Shown here piece by piece: positions 48,671 through 62,296 of a stretch of DNA of 64,000 nucleotides. The translations under genes were made by a program, and so were the position numbers. Each line of letters starts with the position of its first letter. The stretch's first letter is position 1. The notes under the pieces were generated by a model. It did no database searches. It had not been told where the DNA came from and saw only the letters and a program-made list of their open reading frames with translations. This DNA comes from Callorhinchus milii (Eukaryota): NCBI RefSeq assembly GCF_018977255.1, contig NW_024704742.1, forward strand, positions 130,822,001 to 130,886,000, read 5' to 3'.

Positions 48671-51600
48671 AACTGTCATGATCAATGAATTTATTCTGGG
48701 TTCAGTTTTATACACAAAGGTATCTGAAGCATAATTGTGAAAAAATATATAAAAGAAAATTTATGTGCAATCAAACTGTTGAAATTTCCTCCCCCTCCAA
48801 ATCTAGTTTAAATGAATCCCAATTGTATCATTTAATTTGTACCTATGGCTCAGCTGTCTACCTAGTTAAATGTAAACCATCCTTCCTATCAATATCTTTT
48901 ACTTAAGAATGTTTCCCAGTTATCTAGAAATTCAGTTCCCTCCTGGAAAGAAACTAGGTAACAATACCCTTAAGAGCTTTTGCTTTAAATTAACCACGTA
49001 AAAATGCTTGCTTACTCGTTACTCGCATTCAGTGTGCAGCTTGATATTAAAAAGCTGATGTACAACAATGCACATAGTGAACTAGAAGTTGGAAAATTAA
49101 TATGACCTTTTCGATTAATACGGCTATACTGCTACTATACTGGTTTAGAACAGCACATCACTAAACAGTAGTCATATAACCTAATGCTTTTGATCCTAAG
49201 GCACAACTGGTCAAAAGAGCAGCTACTGAAGCCATAGATATAAAGCACGATACTTAAAAAGGAGCCATGTGAGTATGATTTAGGGAATAAATCTAGATGG
49301 GTTCAGTCACTAGTGAGCTGTGCACAAACATACATTTAGGAAGCACTGCTCTCTGGATGCTGTTGACTTTTCTAATGATTGGAAAGTAATTCAAGGAATG
49401 GTCAGTGCTTTTTAGTCATTAGCGTATGGCTGGCTAAGACTTTTTAATAAAAATAATTCTAGTTGTATCTCAGTCATTGAGATGCTTGGGATGCTTTATG
49501 GCAGTGCTTGTGAAGATGACCATCTTTTTCAGATTTTGCTTGGTCTGCTGTATGCCAGAACCCAGCACCATACTTAAGAATATTTAAACCAAACTTGAGT
49601 GTTTCACATACAGGTGAAACCTTTTGTCAGGTGAACCCAGTACTGCTGTGAGATTGCAGAGTTGGTGACTTTGCCATTGGTATAAAATAACACATCACCT
49701 GCAGATTCCAAACACAGCTAGGCACTGCGACAGCCCTTTCTGAATGGAAGGAAGGCTGAACAGACCACAATTGAAACTTTGACCTTTTATTTTTGTTACT
49801 TGTCTTCAATTCTGTGCATCGTACGCCACTGCCATCAGTGGTTGGACATAATGGAACACTACAATTTACTGCTCTATTTGCCTTCATTTCTGAGATGCAT
49901 CCATTATTGAGAAGCCAAAAGGCCATTTGGCCCACCAAAGCTCGTCACTTATTAACTCTCATCATACCATGTAGATATTTTGATCAACCTTTATACCTTT
50001 TGTCTTTATTGTCTTGCTTGGTAAATTTTTCCAAACATTTATCGCTTTGACACAGACCTTAGTTAGGTGTATTAAAAAAAAAGTTTGAATGGAAAATGAA
50101 TTGGATTTAGGATGCAACACAAAGTTTACACTACAGGGATTTAAGATTGTTGTGACTTTATTACAGGGAAACAAGTTTGAAGCCACATTACCTGGATCTG
50201 AAGCCTCCAGCAATACTTGTGCTACCATGCTAGGCACAATTCCCAGGGATTTATAAAGTCTGTAGAAAGATATTCTAATATCTAGTCACAGTTCCAATTG
50301 CTTTAATAAGTCGTGTATATCCAATAAACAATTTTACCCGAGAGTTACTTAATGGAGCGTAGGGGAGCAGGAATTCTATTACATAAATGTCTTGATGACT
50401 TAAGTCAATTGGAACAATTTTATGGCATCGTATTGAATAACAGAATCTTGGGGCTATAGTAAATTAACATTTTCCTAGTTTTACTTCTTAGAAACTTCTT
50501 CACACTTTCTCAGTTTTTTTTAGCAGAACATTTGAATAAATTCAGGGACTGAAACCGATTTTTTTTTTTAAAAAAACCAAAACCTATGTTGCCCAGAACT
50601 GCTGTAACACATCACAGGACTCCTTTGTTAAAACTTATGAAATATCTAGCCTTTGTCTAGGAAGCAGCTCAGCAAAGTATTACTGCAGTTTGCAGTAAGT
50701 TATATTTTATATATAAATTACATTTTATATTGTATTTAAAGGGGAATTGGATACCTATTGTGGAAAAATAATAAAGAGTTGAAGGGGAAAGCAGGGGATT
50801 AGGGTGAATGAAAAAAAAAACTGAGCCTGGGCTCAAGGTGACTATTGTACCCTCCTTCCCCACGACCCACGCCAGAAGGCTGACCGTGCTACGCTGAAAC
50901 CCCCATCCGCTCTTAGCCTCGGCGTGCGCATTTTGGCTGCAGCCACCGACCCGAGCTGCTTCTCCCAAAAATGCTCCTATCCCTGTCCTCCACTACTCAC
51001 AATCTGGAACTCTGTGCCGCAGTTCCTCCTCCTTGCCCCCTCCCTTGCCTTCTTCAAGATCCATCTCAAGACCATCCTCTTTGACCATGCCTTCACTCAC
51101 CCTCCTTCACCCCTTCCCCTGCCCTCCACCCTCCCCGATCCTGACCTCCAGCTTGGGTCCAAAACACTGATTGTTCAGGGCCTTGGGATGTCCTCCTGAC
51201 CTGAAAGACGCTGTACAGATGAAGCTCAAAGTCAAAAGTCAAAGTAGGGGAAGCACAGCACAGACGTAAGGGACTGAGTGGCCTCTGGTGAAGTATCTGT
51301 GATAGGAAAGAGGTTGGGGGTAGGGGGGAAAGGAGAGAGAGCCTGATTTTTTAATATATATATATATGTGGACAGCAGGAAAATTTGCTAGTGGGAACAA
51401 CCTAGAAAGATTTCTTCTGTGCAATATTCTTCAGTCTCTGCCAATTAAACTCTTCACCCCCCCCCACCCTATTATTTATTAGCTGGCATTTCACACACAT
51501 TACTTTGCATTTGTGATTTGTTCCACCATAACACTGTGACGTTTATTGTAACAGAGTGTGCAATCCAACAGGTTCATTCAGTCTTTTCTCTCCAACTTGG

Positions 51601-51780
51601 GAGTGATTATGCGAGGCAGTAATTATTTGTATTCCATTCCAGAGCAGGATTGGAGATTCCCTTTTCAGGTGGCGATTGATGTCCCTGTTTTTTTTTAAAA
51701 AAATACTAAATTGTAACCTTTTTTAATGCAGTTAGTTCGGGCCAGCAGATTTAAACCTTTGAGACATCTCGAAGACGTGT

Positions 51781-52102
51781 TAATAATAATAATAATAATC
51801 CTTGCATTTGATATAGCGCTTTTCACATCTTCTAGATGTCTCAAAGTGCTTCAGAGAATATACTGTAAAGTGAATTGACTGTATATTTGTGGGCGAACGC
51901 GGCAGCCAATTGCGCACAGCAATGTCCCACAAACAGTCGTAGATTGAAAATGACCAATTTATTATTGTTTTTGGTTTTGGAGGGATTATTATTAGGTGTG
52001 TGGAGTAAGGAAACTTGCCCAAGGTTTTGCCCTGCCTGGAATTGAACTCAGGTCTCTTGCTTGCAAAGCGAGTGCTCTAACCACTGAGCTACAGGACTCC
52101 AC
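51781..52102 (-). mobile_element. SINE copy inserted into the tail of an oppositely oriented SINE remnant
   Basis: Host tail GAGACATCTCGAAGACGTG before the insert continues as AAGGCGCTATATCAATTGCAAG after it. Confidence 0.9.
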
Positions 52103-54477
52103 AAGGCGCTATATCAATTGCAAGTATTATTATCACTACTATTATTAACAATTTATTTTAAAAATAAAACATAAAACTCCCAAGAGCCAAAGGACCACAG
52201 TGGACAAAAATCGTGGACAAAAAGGTGTAGATTTGCTATTGAACAACATCACAAGAGTTTGGACAAAGATTGGTTAAAATTGGGATACTGTGCAGAGAGA
52301 AACATTAGAGTGAGAGTAGGAATTTAGATCGGCTTTCCTCTGTGATGGAGATTTCCACTCTATTATTGTCTGAGACGCTACCCCACGTGAAGGAGTGGTA
52401 TATAAATGCAAGTTGTTTTTGGTGCATAGGACATTTTGTTTAAAAAGGTCCACCCTCCAGAAATACTTTTTTTATTTGGAAGTACAATTTGTGGGACGGT
52501 TTTGCTAGCTAATAAATAAATGTTGTTTGCCTTGTAACTAGTTAACTGTATTCAATTTATATTCATGGAATATACAGTGTCAGACTGAGTGGTTGGGTTT
52601 AGCTTGGAAACATGTTTTCGACAGAACTTCTTGTCTAACCTTTCTTCCAACAAACCCCCCCCCCCCCAAAGCAGTTTACTGAACGGATCAGATATGATCC
52701 CCGGCAAAGAAAGGGATAGTATCTACCATGGCTCCTACTCTTGACTGCTATCCATTGATCCTTACTGGAAGCACTTGTGTGCGCCTCTGTTGAAGGCATG
52801 CTTAAGTCTGCTTATGTTGATCTCCGCAGTCAAATAACCCACTCTCCCTGCTTGGGCTTGGATACCACAGGGCTAGTGATGCTCATGAGATCATGCTCTA
52901 GTATATTACTTTGTATTGTGGCCAAGTGCAATGCTTCTATATTTGTGTTTTGATTATATATAGGTTTTTATAAACAATTTTTTTAAAATAAAAATTCATC
53001 TTAAAAAAAATCCTGAGTTAGGATCCCAGAAAATTCTCAGGCATGTTAATTCGTTTTACTATTAGACAAGTTACTGTTTAGGTATCAACACATGAGAAAC
53101 CAGTGTTTTTCTAATCCTGGTTCTGGATGTGTTGGGAGTAATGTGTTGCTGTGTCATTGATGCATGTCAGTTTTGTAGCTAAAATGTCCCTCTTGTCCCA
53201 TTCATGTTCATTAATTTTGTTCCTACTGTTTCATTTAGGTTTGTCAATTTCTTCTAGAATAAGATTAGTTAACTAACATCGCAGTCTTAATTAAAAAGGT
53301 CCCTTTAGCATTGGAAAACCCTGGAACTGTGACATAAATTGCTGACCGTGTGGAATTTAATGGAAATCTTAAACTGCATAACAGTTACAACAAAAGCAAA
53401 ATGGGCTCAATTTATTACACCCGCTTGGCAATCTGTACAGTTGACCCAGTTCAGATAGGAATAAATGATGCTGTGTTTGTTTATCTTGTAGCTGTTACTC
53501 AAGTGGACAAAAGATGATTTCTATTCTGCTGACTGAATTTTTTTTATATATTGGTAAACTCAGTCAACACAAATTCTAAAAGGTCATTTGTGCTACTTGA
53601 AGGCAATACTTGAATGGCCACAGAGATAATGGTGAAACAAAGCAGTACATTTATGTCACTATGTAAACTTTGTTTTGTTTAAACCTTTTATGCCTATAGA
53701 AACCTTGTCTTCCAATTTTTTTCTTGAATATTGGATAGCCCTTGCAATATAGCTTTCTTTTTGTGCTAGCCAGTCTTTCTCTTTTGGTTTCTCTCTCACA
53801 GTTTTAAATGAGTTCTGATTTTGACCAAGATCAAAAGCACACTCAGAGCTTTTCCTTTGGTTTTGTTTCTTCAATAGATATTTTGTTCCTACCAGGTTTA
53901 GAATATTTACAGCAACTCTTGGATGGTGGGTGCTGAGGATTGCTACATGGGGGCTAAGATTATTTATGTTCTACCTGTCTTAATCAGATGCTGATGTTCT
54001 GGGCAATAGCACTGACTGGCTGTCGTATATTAATATTCCATGAAGAATTATCTGCCTGAAGTTTCAGAAAATTAGTTTCTGTTGGGAATAATTTCTGCCT
54101 TAAAAATAAAATTTGCATGTCTTCAAAATGTGCACATGAACATGAATAATCTTAGCCACAATGTAGCACTAATAATGCAACCATTCTTCTGTTATGTTAA
54201 GTTTGAACGCATATCTTACATACACAGAACCCACAATCTTCTGGGGGTGAGAGTGAGCAACTGAGCCAGGCTGAAATAATAAGATGGCAGAGCAGGTTTC
54301 ATGAGCTGAATAGACTGCTGCTGTTCGTATATTAAGCTGAAAACTAACACTTCAGTGACATTTTGTACTTCTAAATACTAGAGTTTTGTATTAAAACTTA
54401 TTGCTTTGCACTATGTGTCTGGACTCAGGAGATTAATTTCTTGCTAACAGGAGTGGATGTGCTCTCTACATCAATTT

Positions 54478-55252
54478 TATAATAATAAATAATAATCCTT
54501 GCAATTGATATAGTGCCTTATCACATCTTCGAGACCAGGACCGCCTTCTTCCACCTCCGCCAAATTGCCCACCTCTGACCATACCTTACCCCAAATGCAG
54601 ACAAAACCCTCGTGCATGCGTTTATCACCTCCCGCTTGGATTACTCCAACGCACTCCTGACCGGTCTCCCCAGCTCCACCATGCACAAGATCCAGCTCAT
54701 TCAAAACTTTGCCGCCCACATACTGACCTTGACCAAATTCTGTACCCACATCTCACCAGTTCTGGCCCAGGCTCCACTGGCTCCCCATCACCGAAAGGAT
54801 CGACTTCAAGATCCTCACACTCGTGTTCAAATCTATTCACTCCCTGGCACCTCCCTACCTCTCTGACATCCTCATTCCCCAATCCACCACCCGGCGTCTC
54901 CACTAGACTCACACCAGCCCTCTGCTCGTCCCTCCCACTCTCTGCCCCACCATTGGAGGTCGTGCTTTCATCCACTATGCCCCAAAACTCTGGAACACTC
55001 TTCCTCAATCCCTCCGCCTTGCCCTCTGTCTTGCCTCTTTCAAGTCCCACCTGAAAACTTCCCTCTTCAACTGTTTACGACCACCTTCCCCCCTCCCCCT
55101 GGCTCAGAGTCAAGGTTCTGCCAATGTTAAGTGCCCTGAGACGCTACTGTGCATGGAGGGTGCTATATAAGTGCAAGTTGTTGATGTTGTATCTCAAAGC
55201 ACTTCACAGAATATATTGTAAAGTGAATTGGCTGTATATTTTGTGGGCGAAA
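54478..55252 (-). mobile_element. SINE tail split by an L2 fragment (+, 54535-55189)
   Basis: SINE tail ...CACATCTTCGAGA | L2 | ATCTCAAAGCACTTCACAG... Confidence 0.88.
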
Positions 55253-57949
55253 GTAAAGAAGCAGGAGTAATACACTAATGTTAAAGATATATCCTAGCAT
55301 TCACTAGGTCTGCTACCAAATTAAAGAGCTGGTTTTACAGTGCTTATTTATACTCCTCAACATTTTTCATCGATGCGTTCAACTTGAATTCTCCTTTCTG
55401 CAACAAAGTGCTTTGCTTAAAGTCTGATTATCATAGGTGTTTGGCTTCAGCTGTTCCATGTAGTTTCTGATGCAACGTGAGACAGAAAACGTGTAATGCT
55501 TAATACAGAGCATTTTCTTTTGGTTATGGTTATTCAATTTTCGACCTTCTTGACACAGTTCAAGGTAAAACGTTTTTCCCTGAAACAATCCAATGATCTG
55601 ACATCACCTTTTGTTTGTAATGCTGTGTGGTGTATTTTATTACAAAACTCTCATACACCACCCTAGCTGATGAATCTGTCACTATTGTAAAGATTTCTGG
55701 TTATTATAATACAAATCAATACCATTAGTTTGCTAAAGGGCCAACAATCCCCGCACCCCCCCCACCCACCCAAATGGTCTTTTGTTTCATGGTGCTTTGT
55801 GGGACATTGTGTGAAATTGTACTGTCACGTTTGCCTATAAATGCACATTAACCATTCGGTGATGGGGAGCCAGTGGAGCCTGGCCAGAACTGGTGAGGTG
55901 TGGGTACGGAGTTTGGTCCAGGTCAGTGTGCGGGCGGCAGAGTTTTGAATGAGCTGGATCTTGTGAACGATGGAGCTGGATAGACCGGCGAGGAGTGCGT
56001 TGGAGTAATCGAGACTTGACAATGATGACATACGACACAGTATCAAATGCAAGGATTATAATGTCTGCAAAGTCTTTGTGTAAGATGGGAAGTTGGAGGG
56101 AAGAATCAAGAGTTGGAGGCAAGAATTAGATTGTTAGGTTTATAGAAAACTGAGAGGAACAGTGCGAAGCACAGGGATTTTAGGAAGAACTTCCCAAAGA
56201 GAGTTGGGCATAGTGGCAGAAAGCTTAGTTGTCATTGGTGAGCTGAGGTATGTGGAGCATGCCCAAGCTTCCAGAACTGAGGCTGTAGAATTGAGAGAGG
56301 AGTTGAAATTAATTGTGGAGGGAGGTTGGGGCAAAGATGTGAGCATTTGAAAATCAGAATGAGAATCTTGAATTGTATCTAATGAATAGGGAACCTGAGA
56401 TAGGAGTGGAATTGGGTGGTATTCCAGAGGTGAAGAAAAGTTGTCTTGGTCAAGTATTGGATATAGAGTTTAAAGGGACAAATGCCAAGATTGGTGCACA
56501 TTGAGAGAAGTTGGTGGACTGATCTGGAGATGAGGTGTAGGAGGAAAGCAAGATGGCTGGTGTTAAATATGATCTCATATCTGAGGACAAGGGGGAGCAT
56601 TTAGATAGTAAAAGAAGAGAGCCAAATATGGAGCCCTGAAAAATGTTTCAGGTGACTGGGTGGGGTTAAGAATTGTGTGCATTTTAGGTAACCAAGTGAA
56701 GGGGTTAGGAGTGGGACCAGGAAAGTATGGGGCCATGGAGTGAAGTGAAGGAAGAATGATAATGAAGATGTCGGGACTGACTGTGTTGAAGGTGGAAGGG
56801 AGTGGAACAACCCACATCTGGATTTTTATTCCCCCTTCATCATTCAGAATCTATTGCTGCAATAAAATATACGCCTTTATAAATCTCTGATCATGAAGTG
56901 CAGGTTGGATGTAACCTTGTCATTTTTGACTGTTAATAAAGGAGCAGGCAAATTAAACGCTCTTTGCATTGCTTCGGAAGACTGTTAAACTTCCTACTTT
57001 ATGATTGCATCCTATTCCTTGGGGCAAGATACCATATTACTTGGGGTATGATGTAACTCAGAATAAAATGGATTGTGTTTAGGGGTATACAGAAGGAATG
57101 GGTATGCAAATCTAAATATCAGAATAATAGTAAGGTACAAAGGTAATGAAGTTGGAGTGGGGCAACTGCACAGTTTGAGTTGCAGCTGAAGTACTGCTGC
57201 CATCTGTGCAACCTGCCTTCCAAACAGCCACATCAGAGATTCAAATGATGCATTCTCTCTGGTGCAGTTAACATTTGTAATAAAACATTTTACCGTCTGA
57301 AGATCATCGAGGTAGATTACTTATTCACACATTGTGTGACACATACAGGTGTTACCGCAGGTTATTAGTTGCGAAGTAACCTGCTGCAGTGGACATACAA
57401 GCAGATGAATCAGTCCATTCATAAATTATGCATTCATGTTTCACAGCAAGCTGCTCTGTTCTTAGTTGCTTCAGTTTGTAAGGCACCGATTAGTGCCGAG
57501 TTCTAAATAATTGAAAAACTTTGATTCCCTCAACAATTTAAATAGACCTATTGCATGAAAATAAATTATTTTTAAAAACTAGAAAACCAAAGGTGTAAAT
57601 TGCTCAGCTCTTTCCACAGACGCGAGTACCTTGGCTGGATCTGGTTAGTCTTGAATGCGTACACTGGAAAGTTGCCCATATGTGCAATATATTGTAAACT
57701 TTGCCAGACAAATGGGACAGTTAACACGGAACCGAGTAACTGAGCAGGGAGACTAAGGTGTAAACCAGGCCTCATTGAGACACTTGTGGTTTAAGTCAAC
57801 CATCTGTGAGCAGATTTGTTTGCCAGGTATCCAATGTATCATCAAGCATACAGTTCTTTAGACCGACTGCTGAGGGCTCAATATAAATTTGGAAGGGTGC
57901 TCAGGGGATTATTGATCATACCCAAGTTGATATAAGGATTCACAATGGA

Positions 57950-58935
57950 AATAACAATAATAATAATCCTTGCATTTGATTGCCAGACTCCGCCACTACC
58001 TCATCCCTCAGGCTGCCGAAACCCTTACCCACACATTCGTCACATCAAGGCTCGATTATAGAAATTCCCTCCTCATCGGCCTTCTCAACTCTTCCCTTTA
58101 CAGGCTGCAGATCATCCAAAACTCTGCAGTTGGTGAACTCACATGCACCAGGCTCCGTGACCCCATCACTCCCACCCTCGCCTGGCTCCCCATCCCCCAG
58201 AGGATCGAATTCAAGATCCTCGTCCTCACTTTCAAGGCCATCCATGGCCTTGCCCCCTCCTACCTAACTGACCTGCTGACTCTACCAACCTGCCCGCTCC
58301 CTCCGTTCATCGGGCTCCGGCCTGCTCCATGTCTTCCGCCCGACCCGGCCTACCATCGGTGACCAGGTTTTCAGCCTCTCTGCCCCACACTCTGGAACTC
58401 CATCCCACAGTCGCCTCGCTTCCTCCCTTGCCTCCTTCAAGGCCGGTCTCAAGACCCTTCTCTTCTATCGTGCCTTTGGTCGCCCTCCCACCTCTCTGCC
58501 TTCCCTCACCACTACCCCACCCCTCCCCCATGTTCGGGTCCTGACCCCTGACTGTCCAGCGCCTTGGAATGACCTCCCGACCTAAAAGACGCACTATAAA
58601 TGTAATTTTGTTGTTGATATAGTGCCTTATGTCAGGGTTTTCAAGCACCTCGCAGGATTTACTGTAAAATGAAGTGACTATTTCGTAGACGAATGTGGCA
58701 GTGGACTTGTTCGTACCAATATTTCACAAACCACCATGAAGTAATTGACCAAACATATCTGGCAGATTGTTGACCAGGATACCAGGAGAAATCTCCTTCT
58801 CTTTTCAAAAAGCATCATGCAATCATCAGTGTCCATCGGAATAGGTTTAGTTAACTTCTCATCCGAGTGATGGCAGTGTCAGCTTAGACTGATGTGGGGC
58901 TCAAACTCACAACCTTCTGACTCCAAGGTGAGAGA
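57950..58935 (-). mobile_element. SINE remnant split by an L2 fragment (+, 57981-58618)
   Basis: ...GCATTTGAT | L2 | ATAGTGCCTTA...; TTGAT duplicated at both junctions. Confidence 0.85.
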
Positions 58936-60037
58936 ATCTAGTTAATGTCATTTATCTCTGAGCTAGTCAAGAATCTACCTGCTGTACGTAAGGAGTACCC
59001 AGTGTCCACTAGTGTCCTCGCCTACTGGACAGTTGAATTCATGGAGGTCAGGGTGTTTTCTTCAATAGCGACTGAGTGATGAGAATGACTCATTTTCTTA
59101 CAATGTTTATATAAAAATGTATTCTAGGACCAGGTTTTGTAATGTAAAAAGCAATATTATGACTAAAAGGGATTGTTTTCAGCAGGGGTTTGTTTCTTTC
59201 ATCTGTGTGGGACCCCCACTAGTTTTTTTGAGTTTATCCTGCAGAGAGAAAAATGCATTACATTTTGTTGTTGTGCATTACACAACAAACAACAGGGCCT
59301 GGAATTGCTGGATAGTGATAATCCACTCTGCTACCTTACACATCAGCACAGTTTTATACCACCAGATAACATAGCTCGTATAATGTGCCAGCATTTTGAT
59401 TTTAATGCATGTATTGATGATTTTCTCTGGAACTGCCAGCACAAACACTTATCGTAGAGTGTTACAGCACAGAAAAAGTCCGCTCATCGTTGTTTTATGT
59501 TTGTCTGCACAGGAGCCACCTAATCTAATCCCACTCTCCTGGTTGCTACATCCATATCCTTTAATATTGCTTTTTTGCAGCATCTATCTGATTACTTTCA
59601 AAGAAAGTTTACAGACTCGGCCTCAATGCTGATTTGTTCCAGAGAATTCCACATTTAAATCACTCAAATCATTCTAAAGAACTGATTTCTATCCTTCCCT
59701 TTGATTCCTTTTGTCATTCCTAAATTTGTGTCCTCACCCGACTGTCTCATTGACCAAAGGAAAAAAAAATCATACATTGGATTTCCTCCCTCCAATGCAC
59801 TGTGATGTGCTGCTACAAACAGTAGATACAATAAAACTTGCACAAGTCTGATCTGTATAAATTGTATAGTTGAATTTCCTGTTATTGATAAGTTTCAATA
59901 TCAATAATGGGAAATTCAATGAGTTAGGCTATCATAACTCATACTTTGCACAAGTCATATTGAATGTATATTGTATATGTATGTCAGTCACGACTGATAC
60001 GACTCGTGAGGTTTACTATATTTATTTGTTCTCAAGT

Positions 60038-61037
60038 TCACCTCTGCTGCGGTCAAAATACTTTCCACTGTTTGATCAGCTCGTCATCTCATTGCATTGG
60101 TGTTGGCCTCTTCAGGTTCAACCTTTGTGGAGTCCTGTAGCTCAGTGGTTAGAGCACTCGCTTTGCAAGCGAGAGACCTGAGTTCAATTCCAGACAGGGC
60201 GAAACGTTGGGCAAGTTTCCTTACTCCACACAGAGCCTAATAATAATCCCTCCAAAACCAAAAACAATAATAAATTGGTCATTTTCAATCTACGACTGTT
60301 TGTGGGACATTGCTGTGCGCAATTGGCTGCCGAGTTCGCCCACAAATATACAGTCAATTCACTTTACAGTGTGTTCTGTGAAGCGCTTTGGGACGTCCTC
60401 CCGACGTGAAACGCTATATCAAATGCAAGGATTATTATTATTATTTTCTCTATCACTGACCAACCATGCAAAAATGCCTTTTACGATTACTTTTGCCACT
60501 TCTGCAGTACTCTCTGGACTCCACAGATGGAATTGACGATAACTGGCCTATTTGTACTTGTTTTGTTTGCTTAAAATTAGAATTGGATGCAAAATTGCCA
60601 TAGGTACGCCTACAGCTGAAGGGTGCACATTATCAGCACTGCTTCAAGTACTCTGCAGCAGTGGCTGACGGCAGCTATGGCAGTGCGTGCTTTAATGAAG
60701 CAAGTTCTAGGTGCAGGATGAGGTTCTGTATCTGGCAGGCTTCGGGAACAAAACTTCTGTTGCCCGTATCATGAAAAATATTATGTACATGAACGTAAAT
60801 AGGCTGACAATAAATGATAAAAAGATTTTTTCACTGGAATTCACAGATTCCATCTGTGGAGTACATAGAGTACATGGCAAAGATTAACTGCAAAAGGCAT
60901 TTTGGCCCGGCTTTCCAGTGCATGATTTGTCAGTGATAGAGAAGAGGAGAGACCTGAAGATCAGTGGCCTACACCTATGTAAATTGGATGACTAACTAGA
61001 CAAAAAGTTGAATGAACTTTGACTACAGCAGAGGTGA
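60038..61037. repeat. Long imperfect inverted repeat (foldback/MITE-like) interrupted by a SINE
   Basis: Left arm 60038-60126 plus 60446-~60555 is the reverse complement of right arm ~60795-61037 (e.g. TCACCTCTGCTG / CAGCAGAGGTGA; TTCTCTATCACTGAC / GTCAGTGATAGAGAA; CTCCACAGATGGAAT / ATTCCATCTGTGGAG). Confidence 0.85.
60127..60445 (+). mobile_element. SINE copy (young)
   Basis: Full-length; inserted in the left arm of a foldback element. Confidence 0.93.
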
Positions 61038-61325
61038 CCAAATGACCACTCTTGTGCTTCAACCATAACTAGATAGTTATTAACGCACTATTTCAGGAAT
61101 ACCAGTCCGTTTTACAGTTTAGGTACTTGGTGTTGTTTAAAGAAAGCGATATTTAACAGGTATCTATAGGACTGGTTCTCGTGGCCTTTAAGAGATGTGT
61201 GTAAATATTTCATCTACAAAAGATTGGTTGGAGAGAAAATGACATCCCATTTATTGTAAAAGAATAATTTGTAATCTGATTGACATTTACACATTATAAA
61301 GTGTAATTTCAAAGTCTGTTAACCA

Positions 61326-62215
61326 GATCTGAACGCAATGTTAACTAATGAAACTGAAAAATTCTCTTGAGTTTTGCTCATTTTCCAATCACTAGCGTTT
61401 AATGATTTGCAAATGCACATTACAGACCCAGGGATTGAAAATATTGTATTGGACATGCCTACTTTGTCACAGCATCAGGAATAACTGAAAGACAGTGTGT
61501 CAAATCAGTACAGTCCGTATCCCTCCACAGATTAGATTTGAAGAAATATTTGTAAAATAACAAACGATGAATAGTTCTGATTCTGATCATTTAAACTGTT
61601 ATGGAGCTTATTACTTTTTTAAGCCTATTTCCAGTGTAATTGTTTCTTCTATTCTCTTGTTCTGTATACCACATCAGTATAATTTGATATTAGCGTTAGA
61701 AAAGTTTCATTTGAGACCATATGTGTTTTGTTGGATATGGTGTACTGCTCCAAATGGTGCAGTGCACAACAACAACAACTTGCATTTATATAGTGCTGTC
61801 GCATGGGGTAATATCACGGAGCATCACCAACACTAGTGAGAGAAAAGAAACCAAGAAAATGAGGAACGGTCAAGAAATGGCTAAGTTGCACCTTTAAAAG
61901 CTTGTAGATTTTATAAGGGAGTTGTGTTCTATAATCTTAGACCCTAGGCAATATTTATTGAAGTAAGAGTGCAATGAATTTCTATCACAGCTCAGTGAGG
62001 AGCTGGAGAATTAAGACTACATTTCACTACAATCTTGGGAGGGACAAGAAGAGATTCAACAAATTGGGGCTGTTTTCACTGAAACAGAAGGTGAATCCGA
62101 TCTGAACGCAGTGTTAACTAATGGAACAGAAAAATTCTCTTGAGTTTTCCTTATTTTCCAATCTGCTAGCATTTAATGACTTGTAAATTGCACATTACAG
62201 ACCTAGGGATTGGAA
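61326..62215 (+). repeat. ~115-bp direct duplication (61326-61440 and 62099-62215)
   Basis: GATCTGAACGCA.TGTTAACTAATG.AAC.GAAAAATTCTCTTGAGTTTT...CACATTACAGACC.AGGGATTG occurs twice. Confidence 0.9.
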
Positions 62216-62296
62216 CAACTGATCATGGTGTTCCAAATTCTGAAATTTTTGATGAGTTAAACGAGGAGAAACCATTTCCACTGGTTGGCGAGTTGG

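Noticed and set aside
55379..55588. Minus-strand ORF with GKTFYLEL, superficially like the DBF4 N-motif GKVFYLDL
   Set aside because: Similarity is limited to about 8 residues, the rest does not fit, and no compatible exons were found
60127..60200. tRNA-Ala(TGC)-like cloverleafs (also at 10905-10982, 41718-41791, 52025-52102, 62550-62628)
   Set aside because: They are SINE heads: always followed by the same core and tail, with no Pol III terminator after the acceptor stem
60207..60536. Repeated ORFs GKFPYST...KCKDYYYY, resembling a small multigene family
   Set aside because: Translations of SINE copies starting at TTG; the poly-Tyr comes from the (TTA)n tail
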